A DNA stretch of 64,000 nucleotides from Cyanophora paradoxa CCMP329 (taxonomy: Eukaryota > Plantae > Glaucophyta), in assembly GCA_004431415.1 (NCBI GenBank), contig QPMI01000575.1, positions 5,894 through 69,893 of the forward strand, written 5' to 3'. Made by a program: the position numbers and the translations under genes. The notes beneath the pieces are model-generated. The model worked only from the letters and a program-made list of their open reading frames with translations, did not search any database and was not told the origin of the DNA. Shown in pieces: positions 58,247-64,000 of this stretch (position 1 is the first letter of the stretch; each line of letters opens with the position of its first letter).

Positions 58247-59443
58247 CTACGTGCCAGGCGGCGCGGAGGGCGGGCTAGCTCTAGAGAGAGCGTGGGAAGG
58301 CTCGGGGCCGGACGCTTCAAGGCCGGTGTCTCCGAAGCCTTGCGGGCGGTGCGAGTCCGACGAGGAGGAATTCGAAGAGGAGGAGGAGGAGGAGGAGGAG
58401 GATGCCGAGCGGGGCCGGGGCCGGGGGGCGCAGGAGGGCCTCGGCTCGGAAGTGGCGGGGGGCGACGGGGAGCGGCCGTTGGCGTCGACGTCGGGGGAGG
58501 CGCCGGGCCGGCCTGGGGAGGGGAGGCCCCGGGAGCTGCTGGGGGCGGGGGAGGGCGCGGCCTCCGGGATGGGGCGGCGCAGGGCGGCGGGGAGAGGCTC
58601 CCGAAGTCGGCGAAGCGCGCCGGGTCGGCGGCGTGCAGCGCCGCGCGCAGCTGCTCCGCACGCGCCACCGCGGCGCCCAGCGAGGCCGAGCACTCGCCCA
58701 GCAGCCGCTCCAGCCGCCCCACTGCGCGCGCCCCGTCAGGGGACTCGGCGCGTGCGCCGGGTGGCCGGCGGACGGGCGGGCGCGCGGGCGCGGGCCTTCG
58801 TGAAGCTGCGTGCAGCTGCTCTTGACCGCCATCGCCCGCTTGCCCATCAGCTGCGCCGCCTGGGACACCGCCGCCTCTGTCGCGCCTAGCCGCGCATCCA
58901 CCTGCGCCTGGGCGCGGCCCGTAGGCACGCTGGCATTCGGTCCGGCGCGCCGAGCATGCGGTAGTCCGCAGCCCACCTGGCTTTCTGCCACTTGCCGCGC
59001 GGAGGCGCGCATGTGCGACTGGAAGCTGCTCCACATCGAGATTGCCGGCACGGGGTCGACCGCGAAGCGCTGGTGGTAGGACGCGCTCGGCACCGAGGCC
59101 TTTGCGGAGAGTGCTCCAATCTGCAGCATCGATAAAAGGACGCTCGCGGAGTCTTGCGGCGCTGGCGTTCCGGCGAGAGGCACGAACTGCGTATGCACGG
59201 TGAGGTGCAGAATTCGAAGCACAACCGGCGGCGAGCGCGCACATCGTCCAGCTCGCGTAGCGCGCGTACGTGTTCGTCCTCGTCGCGGACATTCCCCGGT
59301 TTCGTCGCGCCGCTCGAAGAGACGTGGAGGAAGACCGCGCCGGACCCGCCGGGTTCCGGCTGCTTCGAGTCCGCAGCGCCCTACGCAGCATCAGTATAGA
59401 CCGGGGGTGCGCCAAGGCGCAGGGCCAGAGAGTAAAGCACCAT
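58247..59443 (-). CDS. BORCS5: BLOC-1-related complex subunit 5 (myrlysin/LOH12CR1)-like, multi-exon
   Basis: Spliced start M|GAADSK fits the myristoylation motif MGxxxS; DEHVRALRELDD|FVPL; FQSHMRASARQVAESQ..coiled coil..PARFADF matches the family pattern. Confidence 0.6.
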
Positions 59444-59492
59444 GGGGGGGACGAGTCAGGGAGGGGGTAGGCGTACACTAGTCCGCAACAAG

Positions 59493-60045
59493 ATGTCGAG
59501 CCAGGCTTTCCGTCGTGCCTTTGGCCAGTCTGTTCGCGCGGTCGAGGAGGCGATCCCGAAGCGCATGGGTGGCGGTCACGGCCACGGGGTGAGTTGTCGC
59601 CATCCGAGCCCCGACTCACACCCCTCCAACGCTGCTCTGCCATGTTCACTGTCTTGTTTTGCGTCTCCGTGACTGATCTTCGTCCTTGTCCTCGTTGGCG
59701 CAGGCGGACGCGAACCCGTGAGTCCATGCCCGAACCCGCAGTGTCTGGCCGCTATCGGCCGCGCGCGTCATTCGCCGCGGCATTCACGACTGATGCCGCT
59801 TTCGCAGCCCGCTCTACTCTGGCAAGCCCCTGAACAAGGCGAAGACGGTGCGCCGCCACACTTTTTGCGTCAGCGGGACGCTCGCCTGATTCCAGTCTTT
59901 GCGTCCAGGGCTTCTGGATTGGCCTCGGCGTCGTTGCGGGCTTCGGCGTTCCGGCCATCGCCGCTGTGTACCAGCTGTGAGTGCCGTGACAATCACCCCT
60001 CGTCGCCGCTGACCTCGTCGTCCTCGCAGCAAGAAGGGCGGCTAA
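59493..60045 (+). CDS. Small mitochondrial membrane protein, cytochrome c oxidase subunit VIIc-like (multi-exon)
   Basis: Presequence MSSQAFRRAF..RMGGGHGHG, single TM segment FWIGLGVVAGFGVPAIAAVYQ, C-terminus LKKGG. Confidence 0.55.
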
Positions 60046-60700
60046 TCATGTTCGCCTCACGGCTCACGAGTCGTCTTCTTTTTCCACCGTTGGTGGTGGT
60101 GTACACTGCTTTGAACATAGACAGTATTCTCATCTAATATAATCACTTTCCTGCACCACATCGTCAGCCGGGGCCCCTGGCTCGAGATGCCTACTTCGTG
60201 ACCTTGAACGCTTGGATGCATCGAGGATTTCAAGCGCTCTTTTCTACCCCACTTAGAGCCCGCTTTCTCTCGAGCCTGGGACAGGGAATGGGTTGGCGAC
60301 CATTGGGCGAACTGGAATCCCCTCCTATGGGGAAGAGACTGGAGAGAGGCGCATGAGTTTGATGTCCACCCATCCTGGATAGGTCTCGAAAGCTTCAGCA
60401 TCCCAGCGCCGGGGGCGGTTTCCCGCAGGAGCATGCGATTGCCCCATAGGCCACACAATCAAAGAGAACGGAGGCCTGTTCAAACAAGAAACTAGTGGCT
60501 ATCAACTGTGTGCCTGGACTGTCTTCTGTCCTGATGCGGAACGATGAAAGGAAAACAAATGAGAAGGAAGCGGGCGCCATCGCCCAACTCTGGCAAGCGC
60601 CGACCGCCGGAGCGCAGGCCCGCTGGTCATTTGGCGGCACATGCGTACTGCATGCGCGGATGTTGGAGGAGGAAGAGCGCGAGTCTCCGCACGGTGCCGA

Positions 60701-61105
60701 TCAATCCATGAGGACCATGCCCGAGCCGAAGCCGATGAGTAGCAGGCCGCCGACTCCAAACACGCAGACTAGGCTGTCCGCGATGGTTCCGGCGCGCGTG
60801 TGTGGTGCATAGTCGTGGACCTTGTAGACCGAGAGCAGCACAGCCATCACTGACGAAACCCCGCCGTACACGAGATACCACCCAAGCGCGTGCACTGTAC
60901 GCCGCTGCGGCAGCTCCGATTCGTCTCCTGCCGACTTCCGACTTGCCTCGCCGCTGACCTCGTCTGCTGCACTGGTCGCCGGCGCGTACGCACTGCGGAC
61001 TGTGAGGGTGCGCGCGGTCGCAGTCGTTAGCGACAGAGGTGCGCACCAGAGGAGGAGCGCGAGAAGCAGTGCAGCTGCCGCCGCGTGCTTCCGGGGCTGG
61101 AGCAT
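60701..61105 (-). CDS. Hypothetical signal-peptide and membrane protein
   Basis: MLQPRKHAAAAALLLALLLWCAP signal-like N-terminus and two hydrophobic segments; divergent from DCAF5. Confidence 0.4.
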   Translation of the reverse strand: MLQPRKHAAAAALLLALLLWCAPLSLTTATARTLTVRSAYAPATSAADEVSGEASRKSAGDESELPQRRTVHALGWYLVYGGVSSVMAVLLSVYKVHDYAPHTRAGTIADSLVCVFGVGGLLLIGFGSGMVLMD

Positions 61106-61207
61106 TCGACGGGACGATTGCTGTACTCCCGGGGACTCAGTCGGAGTCCGGGACGGAGGGTGCGGCTTGCATCTGCAAGTTGACTGCAACGCCTCGAGCT
61201 CCGTACG

Positions 61208-64000
61208 ATGCTGCGGTTGCGTGAGCTGACAGGGCGTCTGAGTGAGCGTCGATATGTGTCCGAGAAGCTGCGCGTCGACGGCGGCTGGGCGTACCAGCGC
61301 GACCTTTTCGGCCACACCGGCTGGCGCGTCTGTATTGCGTCTTGACATGCAGTCCGTCCCTGAGGCTCCCTCGCAGCGTCAACGCGGTCGCGTTTTCAAC
61401 GAACGACGGGTCCCTGCTGGCCTCTGGCGGCGACGATCTGCGTGTTCTGATCTGGGTGAGCTCGTATTGACCGCGTTCAGAGACGTTTTGCGACCCCCCG
61501 CGCGCTGGACGCGGGTCGAGTTCGCGTTGCAAGTTTCCGAGTCTAGTCGATTGACCGGCGCTGCCCGCGTCGCAGGATGTATTCGGACCGCAGTCGCCTG
61601 CATGCTCACCCAAGGCCTTCTGGAGAGGTGCGCAAATTCATACGAGCCTCTCGGTATCTGTTCGTTCGCAGCACCTCGCCGACAACCGCCTCCCAGGACA
61701 CTTCTCGAACATTTTCAGTATCGTCTTCGAGGCCGACAACCGCCACTTCATCAGCGCCGTGCGATGTGTTCGTCGCTGTTCAGCCTAGCAGCGTCGCCGA
61801 CGCGCGCGGCATGGCAGGGAAACGATCACCGCGTCCTGCGGCACGACATAGAGCGCCCGACGCCGGCGCGGGGCCAAGGGCAGTACACCGAGTTTGCGGG
61901 CCACATGGGCGGTGCGTCGCTCCTCGCAGCGCCGTCAGCGAGCCTCACGGCGCCGGCGGCCGGCGCGCGCAGCCGTGTACCGCGTGAGCGTCCCGTCGGA
62001 CCGGACGGACCTCGTCCTCTCGTCGAGCGAAGACGGGTCGGTGCGCCTCTGGGACGCGAGGAGGCCCCGGCGCCCCGTCGGGGCCCTCCGCTTCGTCCAC
62101 CCCATGCACGGTGCGCGGGGCGCGCGGGCGAGAGCCAGCGGCGCGCGCGCGCGCTGAGGCCGGCCGGCAGCGGTGGCGTTCCACCCGCGGGACTCGAACC
62201 TGTTCCTCACGGGGGACGCCTCCGGCACGCTGCGGCTCTGGGACATCCGCGCGAGCTTCCCGGCCGGCGGGCCGGGCCACGCCCAGGCCCTCCGCGCGTA
62301 CCGCGTCGAGCGGTCGGGGCAGGGCTGGCGCGGCCAGCAGGCCGAGGTCAACAGCTGCGCGTTCGACTCCGACGGCTCCCACTTCGTCGTCGGAGTGCGC
62401 TGGGGCGTCCCGACCGTCTTCCGGACGGACGCCTCCGAGCCCGTCGCCGCCCTCTCCCACCCGGGGTACCGCAACGCGTGCACCATGAAGGCGCGCCGCC
62501 CGCGTGCCCCTCCCTCCACGGCCCCGCGGGCCCTGGCTGACGGGCGGGGGCCGCAGAGCATCGTGTGGGGCGGCCCGCGCGACGAGTACGTCCTCAGCGG
62601 CTCCGACAACTTCCGCGTGCGCCGCCGCCTCCGCCACGCCGGGCCCCGCGTAGCGGTGCTCCGGCGGCCGACGCGCTCCCCGCAGCTGCACGCCTGGCGC
62701 GTCGGGCCGGCGCTGCGCGAGGCGGGCCGCCGGCCGGCGCCGGCCTCCTCTTCAGCGGGGCCGGCGCGGATGCGGCGGCGGCGACGACGGCGACGGAGGC
62801 GTGTGGCCGGCGGAGGCGGGCGTCGTCGAGCTCGGGGCGCGGGGGGCGCGGGGGCGCGGCCGCCCGTGGAGATGACCTCGGCGACGCACGTCCTGAAGGG
62901 CCACCGCTCCATCGTGCGCCCCGCGGGCCGGGGGCGGCCCCCGCGCGCGCCCGCCGCCCCGCGGCCCGGCGGCTGACGGGTCGGGCGGGGCAGTGCAACA
63001 ACGCGGCCCACCACGCGTGCCTGCCCCTCGTCGTCTCCTCCGGCGTCGAAAAGGCGCGCGCCGCGGCCCCCCGCCCCCCGCCCGCCCGCGCGCTCTCGCC
63101 GCTCTCACCCCCGCCGGCCCGGCGGCGCAGACGGTGAAGTGCTGGAGCCCGTACCCCTCGGTGAACCCGGAGCGGGAGGCGCGCGCCGAGGAGCGGCCCC
63201 TCTACACGCGCGAGGACTACGAGCGCCTCTGCGCCGACTCGGACGGGGCGAGCGCCCGCCCCGCCCGTTGCTGCCTCCGCGCGAGCCGAGCGGAGGCTGC
63301 GGGGGGCGCAGGGCGAGGAGGGGGAGACGGTGGAGGAGGACGCGCGCACGCTCGCCATGTTCGGTGCGCCCTCCTCCGACCCGCGCCCGCACCCTCCGCC
63401 CCCTCATCCGCCGCCCGCGCCCGGGCGGGGCCAGACATGTTCAACCTGCGGACGGGGTACGACGAGGCGGAGGAGCTGCTGCCCTCGCTGCTGCGCGTCG
63501 GCGCCGCCTCCTCCTCCGACTCTGGCGGCGAGGGCGACGCCGAGGGCGCCAGCGGCGGCGAGAGCGCGAGCGGGAGTGGCGGCGAGAGCGGGAGCGGCGA
63601 GGAGGACGGGAGCGGGGGGTCCGGGCGGGCGCGGCGGCGGGCGCGGGCGGAGGAGGCGTCGCCGTCGGGGCGGCGAGCGGGCGGCAGTCGCGCCGCAAGC
63701 AGCGGCGCGTCGCCCCGGCCAGGACGAGGAGGGCGGGGAGGACGGCCCGAGCGGGAGCGGGAGCGACGCGCCCGAGGGGGTACGCGCCGCGCGCGCGCCG
63801 CCCGGCCGGCGCCGCTCTGAGCGCTGGGGCGCGGCGCAGACGATGACTACCTGGAGCGGCTGGCGGCGTTCATCGACGCGAGGCTGCGGGGCCTTCCGCC
63901 GCGGCCCCCGCACGAGCCCGCCCCGCCCCCGAGGCCCCAGGCTCGGCCCGCCTCTCCCTGGCGGCCTTTGCCGGCGGCGGCGGCGACGAGGCGCCGGCCC
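61208..64000 (+). CDS. DCAF5: WD40-repeat DDB1-CUL4-associated factor 5-like, multi-exon; probably continues past the window
   Basis: RDLFGHTGCVNAVAFS..LASGGDDLRVLIW; HFSNIFSIVF; GNDHRVLRHD; GYRNACTMKS..DEYVLSGSDNF; VLKGHRSI; SSGVEKTVKCWSPY. Confidence 0.88.

Noticed and set aside
57841-59727. 628-aa minus-strand ORF
   Set aside because: It is a read-through of GC-rich DNA across POP5, the BORCS5-like gene and the COX7C-like gene, with no coherent domain.

Overview
Eukaryotic, GC-rich protist-like genomic DNA with short introns, in four zones. (1) 1-5482 is a 170-bp tandem satellite with higher-order structure. (2) 5.5-10.6 kb and 45.5-48.5 kb are MITE-rich DNA (hAT and Tc1/mariner types). 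(3) 10593-45446 is a gag-only LTR retroelement (475-bp LTRs, ATAC target-site duplication, TSD). An AT-rich, intron-less, virus-like element (11538-42009, 30.5 kb) has inserted into it with a perfect 6-bp TSD (TGCTCA). (4) 48.6-64 kb holds host genes: a TIR-domain protein, an ATRIP-like protein, POP5, BORCS5-like, COX7C-like and DCAF5. The inserted element is the main discovery. It is a giant palindrome: ~10.35-kb inverted arms around a 1.2-kb spacer that encodes a Zn-ribbon/Vsr-like endonuclease, plus an 8.55-kb tandem duplication in the left arm. It encodes an AEP-PriCT2-D5/SF3 primase-helicase, a stand-alone copy of that helicase's C-terminal winged-helix domain, two RING proteins, an AT-hook protein and a DUF5710-like protein. 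I recognise no capsid, packaging ATPase, pPolB or integrase gene. Each arm carries four origin-like modules of convergent, helically phased GTTAC iterons. Mimivirus-type early promoter motifs (AAAATTGA or AAAAATGA) precede most genes, and each end is a 283-bp fold-back cassette. My best reading (inference) is an integrated, capsid-less satellite or plasmid of giant viruses, or a copy-back defective Polinton-like virus mobilised in trans. All protein assignments come from motif recognition by eye; no searches were run.
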